Assembly (NCBI RefSeq): GCF_006345805.1
Contig: NC_043025.1
Span: forward strand, 8,990,001 to 9,054,000
From: Octopus sinensis
Taxonomy: Eukaryota
Length of the DNA stretch: 64,000 nt
Reading direction: 5' to 3'
This document shows, piece after piece, positions 29,796-42,874 of this stretch (position 1 is its first letter; every line of letters starts with the position of its first letter). A model generated the notes under the pieces. It was not told where the DNA came from, did not search any database, and worked only from the letters and a program-made list of their open reading frames with translations. A program made the position numbers and the translations under genes.

Positions 29796-30078
29796 ATATA
29801 AATTAAATTAGAGATAAAACCACTATTAGGCAAATCAAACAGTGAAAAACATTAACCAATACATAGAAATAAAAAATAATTAATATAATATACAAAATAT
29901 ATAAAATATAAAATTTAAATTTAAATTATTTAAATTTACAGTAAATTTAAAATATTTAAATTTTATATTTTATATATTTTGTATATTATATTAATTATTT
30001 TTTATTTCTATGTATTGGTTAATGTTTTTCACTGTTTGATTTGCCTAATAGTGGTTTTATCTCTAATTTAATTTATAT
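29796..30078. repeat. Long inverted repeat (125-bp arms, 33-bp spacer)
   Basis: 29796-29920 is the reverse complement of 29954-30078; the arm resembles the PLE terminus at 54270-54340. Confidence 0.9.
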
Positions 30079-30088
30079 CTATATATAT

Positions 30089-30125
<37 letters not shown>

Positions 30126-30139
30126 TTGGTATTATTTTT

Positions 30140-31403
30140 TTTTGTATGTATTTTTTTGTGCAGTTCTTTGTTACGTCCCTTTTTGTGTTACATTTTTTCT
30201 TGCTCGTTTTACCCCTCTACGAGTTTTTTTATTTTAATTCTCTCGTAGGAAGGACTAGCTTGACCTTACGTGTTCTGTCTCTGCCTTCGAAACACGTGTC
30301 TGCTAGCGACAGCTGATGAAGGGGATTTTTCCTTGTGCAGCATGTCCTGTACTTCCTTTTTCTGCTGCACATAATTGTTTTTCCCGTTTTTGTTTTCGTT
30401 TCGTCTTGTTCCACGTCTCTGTCCTTCTGTTGTAACAAAATGTCTTTTCTGTTTTCGTTCTGTTGATTTTTTCGTCTTCCTGTGATGTCCTGTTCGTATA
30501 TATATTTATATACGCATGTATATATACATGTAGATGTCGGTACGTACATATATGTTTGTATGTATGCATATATTTTATTTATTACGCTATTGTCTGACAG
30601 CGCTTCGCGTCGGGTTCGTTTGAATTTTCGATTTTTCGAATTCTCACTTCGTTCCGTCTCTTTCCTCCATGTCCGTTTTTACAGTTTACTACAATGATGC
30701 GAAATTCTTTCACTTTGCTTTACCTTCCCCTCTCTCTCCCTTGCTCTCTCTACCTCACCCTTCTCTCTAGCCTGTGTCCTCCTCTATCTGTCTCTCTCTC
30801 TCTCTCTCTCTCTCCCACTCCTCCTCACTTTCGTCACTGCTAAACCTTTCCGCCTGTTGCATTCAGGCCCTAAGGTCATGTTTCCTCGCGCTCGCCAGAT
30901 ACCTTCTCGTCCCAGACAGAACAAAGGCCTTCGTTCGTCTTTTTCGTTTGTTCTCTTGTTTATTTTTGATTTCTCGTATTGTAATTTAATTCTCGTTATG
31001 TATTTTCTTGTACATGTATCTTTAATTTTGTATTATTTTTTTCTTGTATGTATTTTTTTGTGCAGTTCTTTGTTACGTCCCTTTTTGTGTTACATTTTTT
31101 CTTGCTCGTTTACCCCTCTACGAGTTTATTTTATTTTAATTCTCTCGTAGGAAGGATTAGCTTGACCTTACGTGTTCTGTCTCTGCCTTCGAAACACGTG
31201 TCTGCTAGCGACAGCTGATGAAGGGGATTTTTCCTTGTGCAGCATGTCCTGTACTTCCTTTTTCTGCTGCACATAATTGTTTTTCCCGTTTTTGTTTTCG
31301 TTTCGTCTTGTTCCACGTCTCTGTCCTTCTGTTGTAACAAAATGTCTTTTCTGTTTTCGTTCTGTTGATTTTTTCGTCTTCCTGTGATGTCCTGTTCGTA
31401 TAT
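30140..31403 (+). mobile_element. Non-coding Penelope-like element: two ~360-bp direct pLTR-like repeats flanking a short internal region
   Basis: 30140-30503 is near-identical to 31040-31403; each carries CCTTCGAAAC..CTGATGAAGGGG; related sequence at 34960-35300. Confidence 0.6.
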
Positions 31404-31777
31404 AATGGCCCAGTGGTAAGGGCAGCGGACTCGCGGTCGTAGGATCGCGGTTTCGATTCCCAGACCGGGCGTTGTGAGTGTTTATTGAGCGAAAACACCT
31501 AAAGCTCCACGAGGCTCCGGCAGGGATGGTGGTGAACCCTGCTGTACTCTTTCACCACAACTTTCTCTCGCTCTTTCTTCCTGTTTCTCTTGTACCTGTA
31601 TTTCAAAGGGCCAGCCTTGTCACATTCTGTGTGTCACGCTGAATCTCCCTGAGAACTACGTTATGGGTACACATGTCTGTGGAGTGCTCAGCCACTTGCA
31701 CGTTAATATCAAGAGCAAGCTGTTCCGTTGATCGTATCAGCTGGGACCCTTATCGTCGCAACCGACGGAGTGCTCCA
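31403..31777 (+). mobile_element. tRNA-derived SINE (family B)
   Basis: Matches 9083-9470. Confidence 0.85.
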
Positions 31778-31862
31778 TATATATTTATATATGCATGTAT
31801 ATATACATGTAGATGTCGGTACGTACATATATGTTTGTATGTATGCATATATTTTATTATTA

Positions 31863-31901
<39 letters not shown>

Positions 31902-32169
31902 TATATATATACATACATACATACATACATACATGTGACAGCCTTCTTTCAATTTTTGTCTACCAAATCCACTCACGAAGCATTTGTTGACCTGAGGCTA
32001 TAGCAGAAGACATGTGCCCAACTTGCCATGCAGTGGGATTGAACATGGAATCATGTGGTTGGAAAGCAAGCTTCTTACCATAACGATATTCTTCCTTGTT
32101 GGTTTGGGGAGGAGGTTTGATGTTCTAATTTTTGTGCACAAATTTGTGAGTGCATTATATTACTGCGGT

Positions 32170-32900
32170 AGAGGAGGCGGAGGTAGAAGAGGAAGGAGAA
32201 GAAGAAGAATGAGGAGGAGGAGGAGGAGGTTGAGTAGGAGGATAAGAAGAAGGGGAATGAGAAGAAGAACAAGAACAACAGAAGAAGAAGAAGAAGGAGG
32301 AGGAGGATGAGAAGAAGAAGAAGAACAAGAACAAGAAGAACCGAAGAAGAAGAAGAAGAGGAGGAGGAGGATAAGAAGAAGAAGAATGAGAAGAACAGAA
32401 GAAGAAGAAGAAGGAGAAGAAGAACAGAAGAAGAAGAAGGAGGAGGAGGATAAGAAGAAGAAGAAGGAGAAGAACAGAAGAAGAAGAAGGAGGAGGAGGA
32501 GGAGGATGAGAAGAAGAACAAGAACAAGAAGAACAGAAGGAGGAGGAGGAGGAGGAGGAGGATAAGAAGAAGAATGGGAAGAACAGAAGAAGAAGGAGGG
32601 GGATGAGAAGAGGAACAAGAAGAACAGAAGAAGAAAAAGGAGGAGGAGGAGGAGGATAAGAAGAAGAACAGCAGAAGAAGAAGGAGGAGGAGGAGGATAA
32701 GAAGAAGAAGAAGAATGAGAAGAACAAGATGAACAGAAGAAGAAGAGGAAGAAGAAGAAGAGGTAGAAGAAGAAGGAGGAGGAGAAGAAGAAGAAGAAAA
32801 AAAAGAAAACGAAGAAGAAGAAGAGCAACAACAACAATTGGATGTTTGAATGAAAAGATGATAAATGATGAGAAAAAGATGAAGATGAAAGAAAAAGAAG
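32170..32900. repeat. (GAA/GGA)n purine-rich compound repeat
   Basis: Direct reading; a similar tract at 33615-33727 abuts the gap. Confidence 0.95.
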
Positions 32901-32977
32901 AAGAAAAATTAAGTAAAATTTAGATTCGTTTACGATCCTCGTTTAGTTTCCATGTTTCTTTATTATATATACTCGTT

Positions 32978-33392
32978 ACTCTTTTACTCTTTTACTTGTT
33001 TCAGTCATTTGACTGCGGCCATGCTGGAGCACCACCTTTAATCGAGCAAATCGACCCCGGGACTTATTCTTTTGTAAGCCCAGTACTTATTCTATCGGTC
33101 TCTTTTGCCGAACCGCTAAGTGACGGGGACGTAAACACACCAGCATCGGTTGTCAAGCATTGCTAGGGGGACAAACACAGACACACAAACAAACACACAT
33201 ACATATATATATATACATATACATATATACGACAGGCTTCTTTCAGTTTCCGTCTACCAAATCCACTAACAAGGCTTTGGTCGGCCCGAGGCTATAGTAG
33301 AAGACACTTGCCCAAGGTACCACGCAGTGGGACTGAACCCGGAACCATGTGGTTGGTTAGCAACCTATTTACCACACAGCCACTCCTGCGCC
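32978..33392 (-). mobile_element. Full-length single-head SINE family A copy
   Basis: Complete head, core and (GAGTAAAA)n tail. Confidence 0.9.
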
Positions 33393-33727
33393 ATAAATAT
33401 ATAATTTAGAATATTTAAATAATTTTTAAAAAAGATTTTTTCAATCAATTTTTGTTTTGCCCACAAATTATAGATTTACGGCACAACATGGAGAATAATA
33501 TGGCTGCAAAATATAATTAAAAAAATGGAGCGTGTTTTGTGGCTTGCGTTTTTTTTTTGTTTTGTCTGTTTGTTGTTGATATTGTTTGTGTTTGCCTTTC
33601 ATGCTTATTTTTTTAAGGAAAAAAAAAAGAAGGAGGAGGAGGAGGAGGAGGAGAAGAAGAAGAAGAGGAATGAGGAGAAGAAGGAGGAGGAGGAGAAGAA
33701 GAAGAAGAAGAAAAAGAAGAAGGAGAA

Positions 33728-33827
33728 NNNNNNNNNNNNNNNNNNNNNNNNNNNNNNNNNNNNNNNNNNNNNNNNNNNNNNNNNNNNNNNNNNNNNNNNN
33801 NNNNNNNNNNNNNNNNNNNNNNNNNNN
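33728..33827. other. Assembly gap (100 N)
   Basis: Run of N. Confidence 1.
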
Positions 33828-34789
33828 GAGCCTATGAGGGAGACCCCTACATGGCAGCTAGACATGGTAGAAATAGCAGCCAAATCTCCCTCAAATCACA
33901 CCTTACTGTCTTATCTTTCTGCTACTTGGATATAGGTGTTATATTCGTCGTAAAAAACTTTCCTGTCACACACTCACGCACACGCACACCCACACACACA
34001 CGCACCCTCACACACACACGTGCACACACACACACACTCACACACACGCACGTTAGCTTACATTTTTATTTATATATTTGCGTGTCTATGTGTTGAAAGA
34101 GGAAGTGGGAGGCAGAGTGAAAGAATCACTCACTACAGTAAGTGAATTACTATCATTTTATTCGTTGCCCACTGTATGTGTGCGTTTGCGTGTGGTGTAA
34201 ACCAGACTAAGAAAAGCATTTGACACACAACCAGAAATGTGAGTTTTTCTGTAAATTTTGCTTAATTGGAGTTTAAATTTTAAAAACTGGACCTGGCATG
34301 ACGCGATGCATTGTACTCTTAAACTGCTAGGTAAATTGTAATTGAAGAAATCCTATATTGTAGATTTGTATAACTCCCAAAGGGAGGCAGATAAAATCTG
34401 CCTTTTATAATAAGATATATATATATATATATACATATATATAAACATATATATATCTATATATATACATATTATATATATACATATATATAATACATAT
34501 ATACACATATATATCTATATATATGTGTGGTGTGTGTGTGTATGTATGTATGCATATGGCATATGTTTTATTTATTAATTGTTATTATATGATTGAACGA
34601 CACGCGTTGTTTCTTCTCCTTCTCCAAGTAAGTTTTTATTTCAATAATTATGACGCGCACTCTTAACTCTTTACTTGACCTTCCCTCCCCGTCTGTCTTC
34701 CTCTCTACCTGTCTCTCTCCTTATTTTTCACCCTTTCTGGTTTATTTTTCTCTCTTTCTCACTCCTCCTCCTCTCTCTGGCTTCTTTTC

Positions 34790-34822
<33 letters not shown>

Positions 34823-35619
34823 CTCTCTCTCTGGCTGCTGACCGGAATGCTACTAAACTTTCTTTCCGCCCGCTGCTTTCAACAAGCCAATATCGACTTC
34901 TGTTTTTCGCAAGCCGATTTTTCAGAATGCGTTCTAACGAATTTTTCCACAGTCTAGCCCTTATTGTCGGTTTCCTTGTCCTGTTATTCTTTACTTGTAC
35001 TGTTTTTCTTCATTTGTATTGCTTTTACGTCCTGTTCTTGTCACTTGTTTTACCCCTCTGCAGAAGAATTTTATTTAATTCATTTTGCAGGAAGGACTGC
35101 TTCGGCCGGATCGTGTTCAGCCCTTACCTTCGAAACATGCATTGAGTCGAAACAGGGGCAGCTGATGAAGGGGCATTTTTCTTCTATTGTTTGTCTTGTA
35201 CCCTGTTTTTTGTTGTTAAAAAAAGTCCGTTTCCTTTTTTTTCGTTTATTTGTTTTCGTTCGTTGTGTTCTACGTTTATTGTGGTGTCTTGTACACAGTA
35301 CACATATATACATATATGTATGTATGCATATGTTTTATTTATTAAATTGCTATTATACATATATACATATATAAATATTCTTTTATTCTTTTATATGTTT
35401 TAACCCTGTGGCTGTGTCGATGCTGGGGTCCCACCAGTGTAAGCACCTTTCGACTGGCCCTGTTTATGGGATTGGCCTTTGGTGAAGGACGGAGTTAGCT
35501 TTCGATTCACTCGTTTGAGTTTCCTGCCCTGATATTTGTTCATTTGGTATCTTGGATAGCAAGCGCTCATGTTGTATCTTGAATCATCTACACCCCCTAC
35601 ATGGAGATACCTCAGATGT

Positions 35620-36500
35620 GTTGGCAAGGCGTTAAAAATTGTGGCACTTGAACTCCAAACTATTGCCGTAACTTCCTAGATGTCACCCTAGATCTACAAA
35701 GCCAAATTTTCTACCCATGCCATAAACTTAAGGAGAACCTCAACTACGTCAACTTTTCCCCCAACCACAACGCCAGGTCTCCTAAACTCTGTCGTAGATA
35801 TCGTATCCAAACGGGTTTCATCACTGTCCGAAGTAAGGAAATATTAGAAATGAACGGGATAGTATAATATGTACTTCTCGACACAAATTATGCAATTCAT
35901 ATTCTAAGTACAAATAACAACAATCCCCCACCCACCCCTATGTCATCCCCTAACTAACTCCCTTGCACCTCAACTGATATCCTGCTCCATATATCGATGC
36001 AGTAAACAACTTTTTATCTACCTTCACATTTCCTAAACATTTTATTCTTTCATTTTTTAATTCCCAACCTGTTTTCCTTATCGTTTATTCGTCATAAATT
36101 TTCTTAACTCTTCTCTCTCTACACACATCCCTCAGTATATGATAATATACAAAGACCCTGGCACGCGTACACAACTACTAGATTCTACAGACGCACACCA
36201 TATACGCGCGTGTGGACTAATGCGCACTCACATAATAACCTCAGATGAAAGCTACTACTACTACTATCTCCCATTTCACTCGTCGTCCATAGATTTTAAA
36301 GCAAAATTAGTTCTACCAACTCGACGAGCAAACCGTGGTCTATTATTTTAACAACGTAAATACACTATCTTCCGTATTCCTCTCCTTCAAACAACCGCTC
36401 TACTATCCACTTCAAATACTACACCTATATTTTTGTCCTTTAATTCTGTTTTAAATGGCTATATATATGCTACAATATGTTTACTTATCTATTCTACAAC
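35620..36500 (+). pseudogene. Penelope-like RT thumb relic (second PLE family)
   Basis: NFLDVTLDLQSQIFYPCHKLKENLNYVNFSPNHN..DIVSKRVSSLS; paralogous to 55610-55830. Confidence 0.7.
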
Positions 36501-38159
36501 GGACCCGTGAATGACTCGGGAATACGTGCATAAGGCAACTCGCCAGCCAATTTCCATATCAAACCTTGTCTTCGTACACTCCGTAATCAGTAACAAACGT
36601 TCTCATTCTTATACATAGGATTTCTTGTATTTGCATTTTCCTTCAACACAACTGTTTTCCTCCCAAAGTGTCCTTTCTTTGCATTTTGATCAAATTCCCA
36701 GCGAGTTTACACGGGGATTCTAACGAAAATGTAAACTTCACATAATCAAGATACCCTTTGACTGAAGAGTAGGTTGTGGTATGCCCCATGTTAGGATAAT
36801 ATGCTACTTCCGTGGTTCTCTTAGCTATGAAGCTTATGTAGCCTGGATTGCATCTACGCCATTCCCTAATTATTGAACACACACACACACACATACGCAT
36901 ATATGTATATAATCTAGATAAATATCCCTTGGTTGCCGAGCGTATCCCACAACAGAATATTTTGGTATACTTTTGGTACAGCATTCCCACATAAGATACT
37001 TTTTCTACGTTCTGGTGAAGATTTTCCATTTTTTTTCACCTCAACGTTGCAGATGATGCCAGGAAGCTCTTTAAAAATTGTTTTAATGTGTTTTTCACAT
37101 CCCCTATCCCAACCGGTACCGATTTTGGCCAATGCTTTTGAACGACGCATTTAAAAAAGTTTTAAATGAAAAATTTGCGAATTCAGTGACCACCATTATA
37201 ATCCACACTTTCTTTCTTTTCAAACGAAAAGTGAAACGTAATTTAAGAACAATGGCAACATTTTAAATAGTTTGTTCGGTAACCTTTCATATTCTCATAA
37301 CGATGTTATTTTTCCTGCAGCTTTTGCCCGATTTTGATGAAAATCGATGAGTGAGCGAGGCTGACAACATAAGTTGATCTCAGTATATGACGTTGAAAAA
37401 AATCCCTAATAGCCCCAGAGCAGTGGTTTTCTAAAATCAATAGGTGTTTAGCATGCAAATACTAGTAGGGGCTTTATTTTTGGACGTAAATTTCATATTT
37501 TTTTATCCGATTTTAATGAAATTTGAGATAGAGGTAAATGTTTGGTGGGGGAGACAGAAAAGGTATTTATTTAATTCAAAATGGCTTGAAATAAGCATAA
37601 ATGCAAATAGGCATTTTCTTAGACACATTCTTATCGATTTCGTAGAAATTTTACACATAATGATAGTTTTTGTGTATTAGCTGATGCCAGCATGAAGAGT
37701 TGACAAAGAATTGATATCTGCGCGTGAGCGGAGAATTTTAAGAAATCAATAGGTTTTTTGCATGCAATCACGCATAGGATTAATATTTTATACAGTAACT
37801 TTCACAGAATTCATCCGATTTTCATGAACTTTGACTTTTAGGTAAAGTTTAATGTCGGAGACATGTAGAAGAATTAAAATTAAACTAGTGCGAGGCGGAA
37901 ATCCTCAAATCATTCACAATAAAATAATGGACTGATTTTGAAGAACCGTGAGCAAAATTAAGCACTTCGACGTATGAAACATCTGTTATTCATATAATGT
38001 ACTGAGATTTAAATGTCAATGGGATATTTTCGTGTAAATGGTCACATGGATTCTGTTTTATGATATTACCTTACCATTTTTCTTCGGATTTTGCTGAGAT
38101 TGGACACACTGATCAATTTGGTACCGAGAGTGGCATTAAGGGGACAGAGATAAAGAAAC

Positions 38160-38326
38160 ATCGATCAAATCGACCCCAGGACTTACTCTTTGTAAGCCTA
38201 GTACGTATTCTATCGGTTTCTTTTATCGAACCGCTAAGTTACGTGGACGTAAACACACCACCAGCATCGGTGTCAGGCGATGTTGGGGAGACAAACACAG
38301 ACACACAACATATACACACACATACA

Positions 38327-38362
<36 letters not shown>

Positions 38363-38584
38363 TATATAATAATATATATATATATATTATATATATATTA
38401 TAGTATATATATATACTTATATACGACGGTCTTCTTCCAGTTTCCGTCTACCAAATCTACTCACAAATCTTTGGTCGGCCCGAGGCTATAGCAGAAAATA
38501 CTTGCCTAAGGTGCCACACAGTGGGACTGAACCCGGAACCATGTGGTTCGTAATCAAGCTACTTACTACACAGCCACTCCTACG

Positions 38585-38588
<4 letters not shown>
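38160..38588 (-). mobile_element. SINE family A copy
   Basis: Tail and head motifs with a (TA)n/(CATA)n spacer. Confidence 0.8.
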
Positions 38589-38658
<70 letters not shown>

Positions 38659-39021
38659 GAGAGAGAAGAAATATTTATTTATGCAATTAAAAGTTATACA
38701 GATGGTTTAAAGTGCAAATAAAAAAGAGATGCGCTCAAACTGTCAAATTCTTAAAATATGTAATTGAAGAATGCGAAAAAGTGTTGTATGAGCAACTTAA
38801 GAAAATTTTATTTGTAATAGAATGTCATAAGTGAAATTTACGTTATCACAAACAATAAACACATATCAAATATTAGTTCTAAAGAATTTTGCAAGTTCAG
38901 GTGAAGTTTCTGCTGATGAATATGTCTCGATTCACCTGAAAACTTATGTAAATTTTAAGTGTTTTAAAAGATTTCACGTCTGGAGAGATGGAGCAGTATA
39001 AACAGAGTAATTCTTTAATAC

Positions 39022-39429
39022 ACTAGCAGCACCCGTAGCAATTCCGCGGCAAATGCGAAAGTTTTTAGATGGTTGTAAGTTTATATGGAGACATAAAAAT
39101 TAGCGCTCCTTTATAAATTGTATATTCTACATAATTGTCGTTTTAAAACACCTTCAGTCCTTCTGGATAAGACCCTCTGCTTCTCTTGGTGCCATTGCCC
39201 ATTTGGTTTCATTCTTTCTGTTGTTCGCTTACATCGTCTCTCATCTATGTTTATAAACAAATAACATTTTTCAAGCGAGCAGACGATTGCACTTATGCGC
39301 ATGCTTTAAGTAATAGGTGGTATTAAAAAAAATATATCAATTAAAAACATTACACTCTTCCCTCACACTCACCAACGAAACCTCCACCACCACCACTAAC
39401 ACCACCATACATTCATCATCATCATCATC

Positions 39430-39468
<39 letters not shown>

Positions 39469-39822
39469 GCCTGTCTTTAATCTCACCATTAGAACATCGA
39501 TCCTCTGCTACAATTCTGTTTCTCACTCTCCTCTATATCACTACCTTCAACTAACATTTTAACCACGTAATAACTATTACTTCCCCCTACCACACGTCAT
39601 AGACGCTTCTCTTACCCTCTTTTTCTCTCCCTCCTTTTCTCTCTGCCTCTTTTTCTCTCGCTCTTCACCTTACCCGCTTTTTCCCTCTACTCCATCTTTC
39701 CTCTCGCTCTTCGCATTTCCCTTCAATTCATCTTGTAAAAGTGTTACAGATGCGCTATTATTATCTAAAAAGAATTCTGCTTATTCCTACTGACGGAGGA
39801 ATAAGCAGAATTAGTATTAGAT
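39022..39822 (+). mobile_element. Putative non-autonomous Helitron/Helentron-type element
   Basis: Starts ACTAGCAGCACCCG, contains an internal microsatellite, and ends in a perfect 16-bp hairpin (39773-39812) plus AGTATTAGAT; related bodies/ends at 48000-48445 and 62160-62345. Confidence 0.45.
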
Positions 39823-41911
39823 GCTCATGAAAAGCATAAAAACTAATTTATGTTCTAGGCGATTATTTCCAATTAAATTGTTTGTATCACAGCATTAATC
39901 ACTTCAAGTTTTAATCAAATATTCAAATACTAAAGAGGATCGATTCATTCGATCAGTCCCATTTGACAACAAATTTGGAACGTTTTGAGAAATCTTAATG
40001 TAAAGCGAAAAACGAAGTTTTATTAATGTTATTCTTTAAACCTCGTAAATCTGAAGATGTGGAATAGCAAAATCAATGTTCTCTTTAATAAGTTAGGTAT
40101 TTTCATCTTTCATAATTTAAGCGCGAATTGAATGAAATCTGAGATAGATACCATGAACGTTCCGTTTAAGCTGCTACAGGCCAACATTTACAGGAATGAT
40201 GAAGGGGTTGAAGTGTTTAGCACAGTGGTTCATACTGAAAACGAATTGAAGTTTATGATCGAGGAGCAAAGGAATAGACGAGTGAGTCGGTAGTACCTGC
40301 TTGGTGGGGTCAAGAGCTCAGCCAACTCCTACAAGAATCTGTAGCATGACAGTGACAGTGGCAAAACAAAGAGAAGAGATATCCTGTCTGCGAGATAGCT
40401 GTTAGATTATGTCTATTGGGGATAGAGTAAAATTTAGCCACGTCACCCTTCTTTCGATGCAATCCCGGATGTGTATCGCCGTTCCAGATGTAGAAAGATT
40501 TCTTCATTGTGTGCTTCGCATGAGCAATGTAAATGGTCCGAAGTTTTGGCTGCAAAGAGAAGGATTGGACTTTAAGATACCGTACTAGCTATGCAAAGGA
40601 TCTACTTTCGCCAAGAAAGATCTTCCCTGCTAATAATGCCCAGCGAAGGTTAAGTTTTCAAGTGACATTGTGAGGGACACTTGCCTAATCTTCAGCCAAT
40701 TACAAATGGCCGTGTTTCAACGCCATGTCCACGGCTATGCTGTATCCTTTCTCTGTCTCTACTGGTCTATTTCAGTGGTAGTCTTAAAACACATTTCTGT
40801 TCAAAACCACCACCTAGTAATTTTGAGTGCCTTTAGTGAAGTCCATATTGTCTTAAACATTCTTCAGTTGAAGAATACCATCTTTTCTCCTTCCCTCTAG
40901 ACTTGATCATCGTGTGAATTTGCTTCAAGCCTGCTTTACTACTATTCGAAAGAAAATATGAAATCTGTCAGTATTCAACGGTATGAAAATATATATCCCC
41001 GTTCTTGGCGTATAAACAATTTGAACTTTATTCAAGACAATACTTTGGAAATATCGTCAGGCGAACGAAATAACTGGAGACGAACTGGGAGTCTTTTGAC
41101 ACACAGAATCCGGAAAGGACATCAATTTAATACGATCACATCAGAATTTTAAGATACTGAATCCACAGAATGTCTTTGTTTTGTTTTCGAATAAACCAGC
41201 TATGAAGAACGTACTAATATACATAGAAAGTGCATTGTCTTCAAAACTAGGATTTTTTTAAACTTCTACTGAAAAGCTAGCAAATATCTCTAAATTTCTA
41301 CAGACATGTTTCCAAACAGTTAGTGAAATTAAGGTGCATGTTATGAACTCGTATTCCATAGCGAATTATGCCCAGCTATGAATATGTGTGCTTTGAGAGA
41401 GTATACTGTACGCAGTAGAGTGGGGTACAGCCTCTAAATATAGGGTTAGGGGTTAGGGTTAGGGTTTGGGTATGGTGAATATGGATAAAACACTGCACTG
41501 GACCAAACCAGAACCACCATGTTTCCAAACAGTATTACTACTGACGTCTTCGGACCTAGCAAACGTAGGTGTTATTAAGCTACCGATTTACGTAAATGAC
41601 TTTTACTAAAATCGGTTCTTCATCTCGCATCGATTATCGTTTGGATAACCAAGGGGCACATTAAACTGTGGAACCCCTTACGGCGCAGCTTTCGAAAAAT
41701 AATCTACAGAGCTAAATTGAAATCTCATCTATACTAAAATGCAAGCGTGTCTCCACAATCTCAATGTTCGAAATATAAATTACCATTAAAGCAGTTCTGT
41801 ACATTGGTAACATCAGTAACCATTCTGCTTAGAATTATATAAGGTGCATTCTAGAAGTTTTGAATCATTTTCAGGAGAGACATTTATTTGTACCAGAGAG
41901 GTACACAACAC

Positions 41912-42080
41912 GAATTTCCTTCCTAGTAGCATGCTCTAACGTCAACACAGTTGGTCTAGCTTTCCAGCCACTTGGTGAAGATTCCATAGAAATCCGCGAA
42001 TGGAAGTGTCTCCAGGACCCTTGTTACAGTCTCCTTCAACTTCTTCAGCTTGAGAAACAAATAAAAATCACAGGGTGGGA
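41912..42080 (-). pseudogene. Tc1/mariner transposase C-terminal fragment
   Basis: PCDFYLFLKLK..KETVTRVLETLPFADFYGIFTKWLES*TNCVDVRACY*EG. Confidence 0.75.
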
Positions 42081-42753
42081 CATTTACAAAATTTTTTCAT
42101 AGATGTTTTTTTTTCTACGTTTCGTGTCTTTTCTGCCCATTAGTAAGCTCATCAAGGGTCTGTGAATCGGATCTGTGGATCAGAGAGAGAGCATTTATTT
42201 GAATATATATACATGAACTTACACACGCACACACACCCTAACATATACATATATAAATGTTTATAACAAATAACATTTTAACGAGTATGTCTTCAATTTA
42301 TAAGTATATATGTATAGAGAGAGAGAGTGAGAGAGAAAGCGAAAGAGAGAAAGAAAGAAAGAGTGAAAGAAAGAGTGAAAGAAAGAGTGAGACAGAGACA
42401 GAGAGAATTAAGAATTTGAATATACAAACTCAATCCCATTAAATTCATTATTAGACTGTATATCTACGTTGCCAAAAAATAAACTGTTACATCGGTTGGG
42501 ACCTAAAGGACATTTAGCGTAAAACCTAGCATCTGAAGGATCCAGCCTTACCATTCGCTATCTGCTTTGATATTATTATCCTTCTCTTACTATACATAAT
42601 ATATTATATATATATTATTAATAGTAGCGGTAGACCAACAACAATGAATGGACCTCAGTATTATGTAAATAGAGGAATTTATCTGTAACATGTGATACCC
42701 CATACGACAAAACCTGTAATTCGGTTTTGGAATGCATACGGAATAAATATATG

Positions 42754-42874
<121 letters not shown>

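Noticed and set aside
33525-33935. ORFs spanning the N run
   Set aside because: Artefacts of the assembly gap and the adjacent purine repeat.
40300-40900. Mixed-composition sequence that could be a decayed LINE C-terminus
   Set aside because: No diagnostic motif could be read with confidence in any frame; needs a translated database search.
40958-41152. INNLNFIQDNTL, a partial LRR-like pattern
   Set aside because: No flanking splice sites and no LxxLxL segment.
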